From: Mytilus edulis
Taxonomy: Eukaryota
Reading direction: 5' to 3'
Assembly (NCBI RefSeq): GCF_963676685.1
Contig: NC_092344.1
Coordinates: 67,270,001-67,334,000 of the forward strand
DNA: 64,000 bases
In this document: piece after piece, positions 26,919-38,032 of the stretch
Position numbering within the stretch: position 1 is the stretch's first letter
Layout: each line of letters begins with the position of its first letter
The notes under the pieces: generated by a model
What the model was told of the DNA's origin: nothing
Databases searched by the model: none
The model's input: the letters and a program-made list of their open reading frames with translations, nothing else
Position numbers and translations under genes: made by a program

Positions 26919-27332
26919 ACATATTGCTTTATTCATGTTATGTGCCCGAAGCACTTTTTTACAAAATTTAAATGTTACCTTGATGAAAATTATACTAACA
27001 AAAAATATCGTACTCAAAGGAAAATTCAAAACGGAAACTTCCTTATCAAATGGTAAAATCAAAAGCTCAAACACATGAAACGAATAGAAAACAACTGTCA
27101 TATTTCTCCTTACTTTGTACAGGCATTTCTTGATGTAGAAAATGATAGATTAAACCTGGCAATTTTGAAGCTAGGTTAACCTCTCACTTGTATGACAGTC
27201 GCATAAAATTCCGTTATATTGTGTACACAAAATAAAAAGCCATAATTGGTAAAATTGTTAAAGTTGTGTTACTTATCATACAACACATAAGGACAAGACA
27301 ATTTAAACAGTAGACATTTTTGTATTTTGCAG

Positions 27333-27460
27333 ATTCTGAATGCATTGGATTGGTAGAAAACGGCCCCTTAATGAAATACAATGATAAGACCTTTGGAGAA
27401 TGCACACAGAGTTTCACTCTCCCAACTACTGAATACGACCACAACCCTAACGAATGCAAA
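27333..27460 (+). CDS. Candidate internal exon of an unknown Cys-containing protein (phase 1 to 0)
   Basis: Acceptor tttttgtattttgcag, donor gtaatg. Open frame (D)SECIGLVENGPLMKYNDKTFGECTQSFTLPTTEYDHNPNECK. Confidence 0.45.
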
Positions 27461-27627
27461 GTAATGTTTAATTTCTAAAGGTTGTCACAATATCCTTTTT
27501 GTAACATAGTCTTGATATCCAACTTTTTTACAATGCAATTGAAAATCTAAATGTCTTCGATATAGGACATTTTAAAATTCACTTATCTTCAATTTGAATA
27601 AAGTTTTATGACCATTTCTGCCTACAG

Positions 27628-27931
27628 AAAGGACAATGCTGGTGGCCTGACATAGACAGAAAAAAATGACCACCTGAAGGTTGAGACTGAAATATTACAC
27701 CCTTCATTAACTTGTAATTTCCAATGGTTACGCATGGTTATTTACACTTGTGAATCATACTGCACTGAAACAATATTATGTTCCAACAAAAAACCTCAAC
27801 ATTTTATTTCTACTACAACATTAAATTATACTGTTTGCTTTACTCTAATACGTAGATCTCTCATCACACTGTCAGAAAGACGGGTATATTTACAGATGAT
27901 CATGCAAATTTGGGAATACTATTATACCTAA
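27628..27931 (+). pseudogene. Candidate terminal exon of the same unknown gene, with premature stop or +1 frameshift in an A run
   Basis: Acceptor tttctgcctacag, phase 0: KGQCWWPDIDRKK then TGA at 27667-27669. Deleting one A from the run at 27660-27666 continues the frame into ORF 27734-27931. Confidence 0.4.
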
Positions 27932-29279
27932 TATGATATTCAAGATCACCCAAATTGTGGGAAAATTGTTGACTTTTATCTGCTGTTATTATCACGTTTG
28001 GGGTTTAAAGTGAAATTTTTATTTCTTTTATATTAGACATCTGTTGTATAGAGCTCAATCATCATGTTAAATTTCAACAATTTGATACTCAATAAAATTA
28101 CAAAATAAAATGTTTAAAACATGCGAAAACCTTTTTCTTTTAATGCTTTGGTGTAGTTTTTACAAATGTCAGAGCATTAGGGAAATAGATTTGAGTATTA
28201 AACATTCGGATATTGTGTTATTTAAATTTGCTGTTACAATTTTTTTTAAATTATTTAAAATTAAGGAATATATCTTCCTCATGCAAAGCTCGGAATAGAT
28301 GCTATTGTTTACCTTTATTAGTTATAAGCTCATCATTTTTGTAATTAGATTGAATTTTCAAAATATTTTACCCATGCATCACTGAAAATATATTTATTGT
28401 CGAAATGTGCATCTGGTACAGTTAAATTGGTACTGTTATAGATACTATCTTTATAAGGTGATGTATCGATTGGGAATCTTTAAACATAGGTACTAAACTA
28501 TAAAATATATTAATCGATTTTGATGTGATTCTAAACATGGAAAAAAAATTCCAACAAATACCGTATGTGTATCTTTTGATATTGAAAAAAAAGACTTTTA
28601 GAGAGAATTTGGTACGAAAACTTCTGTACATTCGGATACACCTGAAAATTAAGATAAGCGTCATATACGATTTAGAGCATTATTCTGCAAGGAGTTTGTC
28701 CCTATTCAAGATACCTTAGCTCTTGTTCTAGTTTAATCAACATAGATACTTTTTTGTTAACGCTGTACTGTCATTTACATGAATGTATGTTTAAGCTGTT
28801 AAGAACCAACATTAAAACAAAAGAAATAAAACACAGCTTCACACAGCCGAAAGACTTTTTCAAAGGAAATCTGGTAAATTGTAACTATAGCTTCCTCCAT
28901 TAATGCCAGAACACTTGTAAAATAAATTCATTCATTTCAGAAGTCGTAATGTTTAATTGTAATATGGCAATTTGGTTATAAAAAAATCTTTAGTATCTTA
29001 TTATTGATAATTGAAACATGTTTTTATGCTTTAATTTGTTTATTCAATATGATTTCTTATCTTTAGTATACATGTAAAAAAAAGTTCAGATGCTGTTAAT
29101 GTGGACTAACTGTAATATTTTTCAAATCATTCTTTTCATACTGCACGATTCTATAAATTGCACTGTAACAACTAACATTTGTGGGAGAAGTTTATAAGAC
29201 TATTTTCGTATTTTTGTAAGGTCTTAAACATTCCTTTTAAAACACACATACACATTTTGTACAAGCAGTTATTTTAAAA

Positions 29280-29640
29280 GAGAGGCAAAAGATACCAAAG
29301 GTACGGTCAAAAGTCGAAAATAAATTGATAACGCCATGGCTAAAAATTAAAAGACAAACAGACAACAGTACACTAAACACAACATATAGAAAATGATCCA
29401 ACAGTGTAATTGTTTACACATCGTTAACAATATAGAATTTTATGCGACTGTTATACAAGTGAGAGGTTAAGCTAGCTTTTAAACCAGGTTTACTTCAACA
29501 TTTTCTACATAAGAAATAGCAGGTACCAAGTTAGGAATAAAACAGTTGTTATTCTTTGGTTTGATGGTTTGATCTTTTGATTTTCCCATTTGGTTGGCGA
29601 CTTTCCGTTTTGGGTTTTTCTTGGAGTTCCGTATTTTTGT
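29280..29640 (+). repeat. Composite of two interspersed repeat families
   Basis: First half matches the 5315 family. Second half (tatgcgactgttatacaagtgagagg...aaaccagg) recurs at about 27000-27260 (-), 32690-32940 (-) and 53960-54180 (+). Confidence 0.7.
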
Positions 29641-31167
29641 ATTTTTCATATAAACAATATACTTTTAGTCATTTGTTCTTTTGATTCTTTCGGTTCTTTG
29701 TATCTTGAAATCGGACCTAGTGAGTGATTTGTAAATTTCCGATTGAAGATTGATAAGGGGATAATATATTCATAAATATTCCGACTACTATGACAGAAAA
29801 GCGGAAATTCATAACGATCAATTGGACATATTTTTTTTTAAAATGCTCTTCAAAGGGAATCGAAATTCGTTTTTATCATTAATATTTTATCTTAGTTTGT
29901 GTATATATTAAAATAAAATAGTCTCATAATCTAAGAATATATAGTAATGTAGTGCATGATAAATTTCTTTTCTTTTCCAGTTCGAAACAAATCAAAATGC
30001 GAGACACACTGGATTCTCAATAACTGAGTTTATTATGAGTTTGACTCACATTGTTATAGCGTTTGATTTAATCGGTTTTTATGGACTGATCCTTTTTGAA
30101 TAACTTGTGAGTTCAGTATTTTTGCTGTACTGTTTTACAAACAAAACATATAATGCATTCTCAATGAAACAAATTTCACCAGGTACAAAGTGTATGTTCT
30201 CATTTAGACGGTAATGAAAGAAATTTCACCAGGTACAAAGTTTATGTTCTTTTTTTAGACGGTAATTAATACTTTGAACAATCCAACGAAACAAGGTAAC
30301 AAGGGAAGAGACCCCTTTATGATCATGATAAATGTTGTATTATACATTCAACCAATGCATATATTTGCTACAAGTCATAAGCTTTAAGTTTCAGGTGATT
30401 TTCGTACTGTTCTTTTCTTGCATTTAAAATCCTATTAAAGAAACACCTAACTGTTTGTGTTGTAACTGTCACGAAATAATTGGGATGTTATTACGAAAAG
30501 TTGTCATGTTCATTTCTACATCATCTCTATAACACGTGTTATAGTTTTGGTGTCAAACGATATTAATTTATGACAGTTTAACACAAACTTTTTTTCTTTA
30601 TTTATTACTATTTAATAGTAAAATTCATTTATTGTATAGCCATCAAAATATTATTCAATCAGTTTTCAACTTTGAGTCAAGAGCTATTGCTAATTAAGCC
30701 ATCAAATAGGTATAAAAATCCCCTTTGTTAATGTCAGCTCAATGACTTTATTAATTTTTTCAAAGATAAAAATGCTCACCTTTTCTTCACGAAGGAAAAG
30801 AAAAATGAAGAAAACTACCTGGGCATATCTTATAGTGTATCTTTATTCTTATTAATACCAATTTTGTCTTGATATCAGAAAAAAAGCATAAAATCTGAAC
30901 TGGTAGAATAAGGTCATACTCTATACCATCGATCAAAAGAAACATATTTGGTCCATAGTACCTTTGAAATTGCAGAAACACACGCGATGAACAATAAATC
31001 AAAATATAAAGAAGTAAGAAAGAAACAGAAGTTTTTTTATCTTCTGTAAATTTTTTACAGAACACCGTTTATCGCGCCTTCCTTTAGCTGTTTAACGAAG
31101 AGAAATAAAGATCTATGATACGCATTCGGTCAGTTATGTTATAATTCTAATTCTGTAACATAAGCAA

Positions 31168-31420
31168 TAAACTCATAACAGATACCAGGCTAAGAATTGT
31201 ATACACCAGACGATACGAAAGACTCATTTGTGGCGATCGAATAAATAAAGTTAAAATGCAAAATAAAATACGAGTTGAAGTGCATTGGTAACCCCCTAAT
31301 TCTGAAAGATTATGGCAAAAATAGCTAATGTAATCTTTTCTGGGGGTGTAAAATCTGGTATATATTGAAAAATTAAAAGTTTTGTGAACAGTAAATTTAT
31401 AATTGAATATCAGTTATAAC
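31168..31420 (+). repeat. Interspersed repeat family (ataaactcat..agataccagg...gactcatcagtg)
   Basis: Recurs at 33610-33740 (-), 59583-59800 (+) and 61300-61975 (-, two decayed units). Confidence 0.7.
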
Positions 31421-34400
31421 CTAATGTTAACGGTAAAAATTTTGCTGCACCAGATGCGCCTTTCGACAAATAATGTCATTAAAGATTTTCGAGGTTAAAA
31501 ATTTGAAAATCCAAGACCTAAATTACAAACGTTGAAAATCTTATCAAGCAAAAAAGAGCATAACCTATAGCTAAACTCCGACCGAAGAATAGTAAATTTG
31601 CACGAGGGAGGGTTACTCGTGAATTCTAAATGATTTTCACATCAGTATAACAGCAACTTTTAACCAAACAATATCCGTATATTCTCGTAGGTAGTTGTAT
31701 TATAGTATATCATTTTTTTTTTGCACCAGATGCGCATATTGACAAATTATGAATTCAGTGATGTTCAGAGCCAAACTATTTGAAAATCCAATCCCAAATG
31801 CAAACGTTTAAGGATCTTTAATAGATGATCAAATAAAATAGAACCTAGAACCTATAAAAAAAAATCCGAACAAGAAAGCAGAGCTTTGCTTAACTGAGAT
31901 GAATTCCTTATAATTTAAACTGATTTTCAAACTGTTTAACAGTAAAACATAAGTTCATGCCAGTACATATTTTCTGACAACTGGGCTTGTAATACCATTG
32001 GAATCTAACAGTCCACCAGAAAATATTGATAAAATGGTTTTCCAACTTTGCTGCACTGATTGCCATATTTCCGCAACAAATATCTTTTCAGTAATGCTCA
32101 AGGCAAAATTATTTGTAAGACCAAAACCTAATACAAACATTGTAGAGCCGCGAAACAAACAAAAACACCAAACGTATAGCTAAATCCTTAAATGTAGTTA
32201 GTGTTGCATGATAGAGATACATTCCTAAATTTAAAATGATCTCAGGGACTTTATAACAGTGAATCTCAAGAAACAATATTTGTATTTCCATGGCATTACA
32301 GAAGTACTGGCTTCTAGACAAAAAAATCTCAGCAACTAACAGTCAAACATAAAAGGTACCGACCCAGTGGTAGTAATAATATTAACGGAAATAATAAAGC
32401 TGCATCAGATGAACATTTAATCAATTAATCTCTCTTCAGAGATACCCAAGACCAAAATATGTGAAAATAAAAATCCTCTTATACATACTTTAAAGAGCGA
32501 ATACAACCACAAAGGACCTAATATAAAATCCATTCCGGCAAGGGATTCAGAGTTTTGCGTGATTGAGATATATTCCTGAATTTAAAAACGATTTCAAAAT
32601 TGTATTTCGGCTAAAATTGCATTCTGGAAACATTTGGAGTGGGTCCTCATTGAGAATCGGATCAAGAGAGGGTTACTGAAATTGGACATTCAAAATTCAA
32701 AACGGAAAGTCTCTAATCAAATGGTAGAATTTAAAGCTCAAACATATCAAACGAATGGATAATAACTGTTATATTCGTGACTTGATACAGACATTATCTA
32801 TGTAGAAAAATTGTGGATTCTACCTGGTTTTATAGCTAGCTTAACCGCTCACTGTATGACAGTCGTCGCATAAAATTCCATTGAATTGACAACGATGTGT
32901 GAACAAAGCTAACAGACATAATTGGTAATATTGTCAAAAATGACAGAGCAACTGATAAGACAGCAACCAACAGTTTCCTGGTATTTACCACATATTTTGT
33001 ATCATTGTATTGTAAATTATTTAATATTGTATTATATACTGGAATTTTTCCAGACACTTTGACAAATGGTATAAGTAAACCTAGTTACACATGTATATGT
33101 GTCTGAATGTTCAAATAAAATCTTGAAATCACAATTTGCAATAATTAATGAAACAAAAATGAAAAATATACAGTAACATATATCAAATCATAAAGCAGAT
33201 GTATATTTTTGAATAATTCGGTTACAAAAATTACCATAATTAACACATAAGTAAAAGTGCATTTTATGTTCATCTCCCTTTTAAATATGTCTACACTGTA
33301 ATTTAAATTTCTTTTTCTCGTGAATTTAAATCTATAGCGTCAATCTTTGATGATGAAAAACTTTCATTTTTAATATTGCATAATTTTAACCATAAAAAAA
33401 TTTGTCAATTTCTAAAATTAAACGAGCTTTCAGACGTTGCGCTCAATACAGATTAATTTTGATTTCTTTGTAAAGAATTCACTTTGAATTTCCACTTTTA
33501 AAAAAAAATAGTGCCTAAGTTTGTGAAGTTTTGAATTTTGCATTTTAAACCTTAATTCCGCAAAGTATATGTTGCTTTCATTTATAATAATGATATTTTA
33601 TTTTATTCTGTTACTTCGTACTTTATTTGGCCTTTTTAACTATTTCGATTCGAGCATCACTGATGAGTCTTTTGAAGACGAAACGTGCGTCCGGCGCAAT
33701 TTCAAAATTTCGATCCTGGTATCAATGATGAGTTTATTTATCATTGATTTCATGTTTTTAAATGATATTTATTTTTAGGGTATTCAAAAACCATAGTGAT
33801 AATTTTAACTTGATCCAATGAATCAAATTTGCATGTAATTTGGACCCTCTTTGTGTAAAAAATGTTCAATAAATTAAGTGTAAAATTTTACGTCGCCATA
33901 TCTTAGATATTATGTTCGTAAAGTAGCATATCGCTTATTGAATTATTTAGTACATATTAACCGAATTTCAGAAATGACAAAAAGAACACATATATCAATT
34001 ATATATATTTGGAGATATCGTATTTGTTTCCGGCTTTTAAGATGAGGAGCAACGATATATGATTATATGTTTGCTTGACTGCCGCAAATATAAAATGTCA
34101 TTTACTCCAAATAGTTTTTCTTATTTCTAGTTGCTTCACCCGATCACTGATTTGGACCTTCATTGTAGCTCCTTCCTGTCTTTTAATTTTAAAACGGAGG
34201 CGATTTCGTCCTGCGTTCATGTATTGTCATAAAATCTTCTGCTACTTATGAGCATAGAGATGTTGTCTGATTTGGTTGTAACCATTTGAACCTGCATGAT
34301 AAAAATACCATAAAAGTTGTTTAAACCTCTAAGAAGTGACTGCGCTCAAATATTCATTTTATGTTGCATCTTTATTTCCAAAATACGATAATAATTCGAT

Positions 34401-36229
34401 TATTGTTTTAAAAGGCTATTTTAAGAACTACATTTTGGAAATACGTCTATGAAATAAAAACAACCCAACAACACAGAAAACAACAAATGTGATCTTTTCA
34501 TTCGCTTTTTATTTCAAGATTATTTTTATAAAATTGTATAAAATTTACATATTTTAAACTAGTCTTCCGTTGTCTTGCGTGTTCTCTTGCAAGAATAAAA
34601 AAAATCGTGAAGCATTTAGTAATAAAGTAGTAAAAAGAGCAATCCAAAGTTAAAAAAATGTAAGACTTGAAAGTAATAAAAGCGCTATTTCTACGAATCT
34701 GTACATTCGCTTTACATTAAACAGCTATTATCAATTGTGAAACAAACAATACAATTATGCAATCTTTCAACAAATCTTGTTTTTATTATTCAAAAATGTA
34801 TTTCATTTTAAAAATATGTAAAACAAAATGAATTGCTGTAATGCATGTTCAAATGCCGTTAAGAGTAAAATAATTCGTTTCTTTGTGTGTAATAGCGTTG
34901 AATATATAATTCTGTTTTATTTTCATTGAAAGTAATTAAGTGTTCTTTATGCCAATTTAATGACAGCACATTAAGACTCTAATTAGCTACTAACAAGTGA
35001 TATCGAGGCCCATGAACATGAACATGCAAAAGTCGGATATCCGATTAATTTCCGAGACTTACAACTTAAGACAAATTCAAGGAAGAAAAGATAACAAAAT
35101 GTGTTCTAAAATTAATAAGAAAATGTTTAGGAACAAATCAAAAACAAATAATCAAGAAAATTGAACGATATTAGAAACAATTTCTATTACGGGACATCAA
35201 TTTGTTGTTTTACCGAAGGACAATTCGTTTAACATTTTACATACCACATCCGGTGCAACACTCTATTATGGTGTTGATTAATGGAAACGATAGAATGTTA
35301 ATAAAAAGAAACTGTTGCTTGCTTAACGTCCACACGGCATATACATGTATGTCATGCATATTGAGGAGAATGAGGAAAATTCAAATTCCAAAAAGAAATT
35401 AGTTAATTGACTTTATACAGTCTTGTACAATCGACAACTGTCTGCACTATATGTCTATCTCTAAATCGATCAGAGTCTAAACAGCTTTGGGATCTTTAGA
35501 TCTGCCATCAGCTTCAAATTCTCAAAAAGACTAAATACACCAAATTTTTATTTGAAAAAAAGATCTGTTTTCTGACTCAGAACAGGCACAAAAGAATATT
35601 GCAAGACGAGATTGTTTCCAAAACTTAACTCCTATGCCGACCCGTTTGTTGTGCAACTATCTGGACTACGAGTATGTACAAAAACTCCACAAAAATCTTG
35701 ACCCTATACACAGGTAAGACATCTTTCACAGTTTAGATAGACTAAGTCATTACTTGCCATCTCTGCACCCAGTGTCACATTGTAAGACAGCACAAAGCGG
35801 ACAATCTTCTGTATCAATTTTACAAAATCCTATATATGACAATCATGGTTTGCAGTTTTATCTAAGTAGACAAACCATTAATTAGGGTGTTTCATTCACC
35901 TGCACATGACATGAGCAGTGAAACTGGAAACACAAGAATATGTAATGTGTGCTTGAACTGTTATTATATACTAATATATATATAACAGATGAATTCCATT
36001 TTATTTTATAGTTTATTAGATATAAAGATATTTCTATTGCACACTTTCTCATGTACGCTATGGACCAACAGTTTGAGATGCCAAATACATGTAAATAAGA
36101 GAGGATGGGGTTTGCAAAAAAAGAGATTTTTTTTTTTAAAACAGACTTTCTGGGATAAAAAGAATGTGAAAATAAAGACCACCCCATTAATACTTCCGCA
36201 ACAGCTGAGGCCATCCTCCGGGTGCGGGA

Positions 36230-36335
36230 TATTCTCACTGCATTGAAGACTCGTTGGTGGCCTTCGGCTGTTGTTTGCTCTATGGTCGGGTTGTTGTCTC
36301 TTTGAAATATTCCCATTTCTATTCTCAGGTTTATT
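36230..36335 (+). repeat. Short interspersed repeat (cattgaagac..ttggtggccttcggctgttg...ccattctcaattttat)
   Basis: Copies at about 8620-8680, 57200-57306 and (reverse, longer) 58603-59170. Confidence 0.75.
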
Positions 36336-37859
36336 GACTGTTGGAATAGCGTCAATGTAACAATTATATCATTGAAAGTTTAAACTGAATATCCAAAGAT
36401 AAATGTATCAATAAGAGTCATGCTACTATCGATGGTCTTGCTACTGATGGTCAAAAATCTTATATACTAAAACTTGGCCGTGAATACGTATGACTTTTAA
36501 CTCTATTTAACTAAAGCATCTTCGAAAATAAACCGCAATTTTAATTTGTCGCTAAAACGGATTATAACGTCGGCGCTCAAATTTTCATTAAAAGTTATGA
36601 TTTTTCACGCCTTTTGCTATCGCGGCCTTTTAAAATACGATCACATACTCTTAGCAAGTACCTTTGCCATTATTGTAAATCTACACGTGCAATGCATGGC
36701 TGTATGGACGACTATGCAGTTAGGAAATCTTGTAAAACGAAGACTGTCTTGTTATGTAAATATATAGGTTATAACAAACTGTAGCTGTCGCCAAACAAAT
36801 CTATAAATACACGTGCAACTGCTGAAATTGATAAAACAAAAATGATGCATTACTAATCAAAACAAATATATAGGAATTAATAATGAACACCGACAACTGC
36901 TATTCTGAATGCTCTTTTTACTGGTATAACATGTAAATCATTTTTAATGTTACACTGGGTCTTGTTTCACAAGTTTTAATACAGTTTTTTTTTAACTGGT
37001 CAAGTCCGTATCTTTTAGAATCTTGCGTTGAAATAGATTAATGTTCGTTTCGTAATATCTGCATAATACTTTTAGGAAATTAATTCTGTTCAATTAATTC
37101 GTAAACGATCTTATGAAGCGTTTAAATTATATTTAAAGCAATTTACCCTGGATAGATAGTGCAAAGTATCTTTTATGAAACCGTTTAAAAAGTATAATAG
37201 TTTGCCTGTTCTTTAATAATTAATTATACTTGTTTTCTGTCAGACGTTCTTTAAATGTTAATAGTTTTAACCCCGTACACACTCTTTTTGGTTAATTTTC
37301 ATTATTTCGGAAATTAGTCGGAAATCCGGAAATTGCATGTTTCAATCATTATTTACTATTTGTTTTGTGAACGAAATCATTACTTTACAAAATTATATCT
37401 CATTCTTTCGTGTTCGTCTTTTTAAGATTACATTAAAATTTAAACAATCTCTATGAAGCTTTTTGATGATTTTATTTGTGGGTAATAGATATACAATTTA
37501 CATCAAACACGAAACAGTTTCGGTTAATTTAACAGGTATATTGAAAGATTGAGTTGTCAATTTTACCTGCGGCAATCTCATCTTATTTCCGCTTCAGGAA
37601 GCAAAACATACTAAATTTGTCATTTTCATGCCTTTAATTTTGCCGCATACACGAAAAGAAGTGGTCATTTTATAGGCAAAACGCGTATACATCTTGTGCC
37701 GTTTAAAGAAAACAGCTGCAAGAATCTTATAAATTACTAATCGATTGTTTTTCAGTAGCCTATCGCTATTTTGTTTGAAATTAACGTGAAGAAAGTGTTG
37801 AAATATTAATGAACTAAGATCGTCAGAGTAAACTGCTTCATCTTATAACGGGCATAAAA

Positions 37860-38032
37860 GTTGATTAGAAAATCGCTTATTTTGATTGGTTGGAGAACTG
37901 GAAGCGAAGACGCAGGTGATGCAATGACAAGCCTCACGCGCATCGTTCCGCTGGCTTGATATAGTGAAACCGTGACATTTTGCCTCAGTCTGCTTTGATT
38001 GGATGATTAGAGAAGACAGTTCTTAGGTGAGA
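37860..38032 (+). promoter_or_regulatory. Candidate Poxn promoter / 5' non-coding exon region
   Basis: Locally GC/CpG-richer non-repeat island with two reverse CCAAT boxes (tgattgg at about 37883 and 37996), E-box GCAGGTG at 37912, and a possible donor TAG|gtgaga at 38027. The ATG exon at 42536 has a splice acceptor, so an upstream exon is expected. Confidence 0.3.

Noticed and set aside
28110-28298. ORF with a signal-peptide-like start (MFKTCENLFLLMLWCSFYKCQS)
   Set aside because: It lies downstream of the cryptic exons, so it cannot be their leader, and it has no strong donor. Hydrophobic runs are common in AT-rich DNA.
30787-31065. 92-aa minus-strand ORF with a possible exon core (YYGPNMFLLIDGIEYDL)
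   Set aside because: Weak acceptor, no partner exon and no recognisable family.
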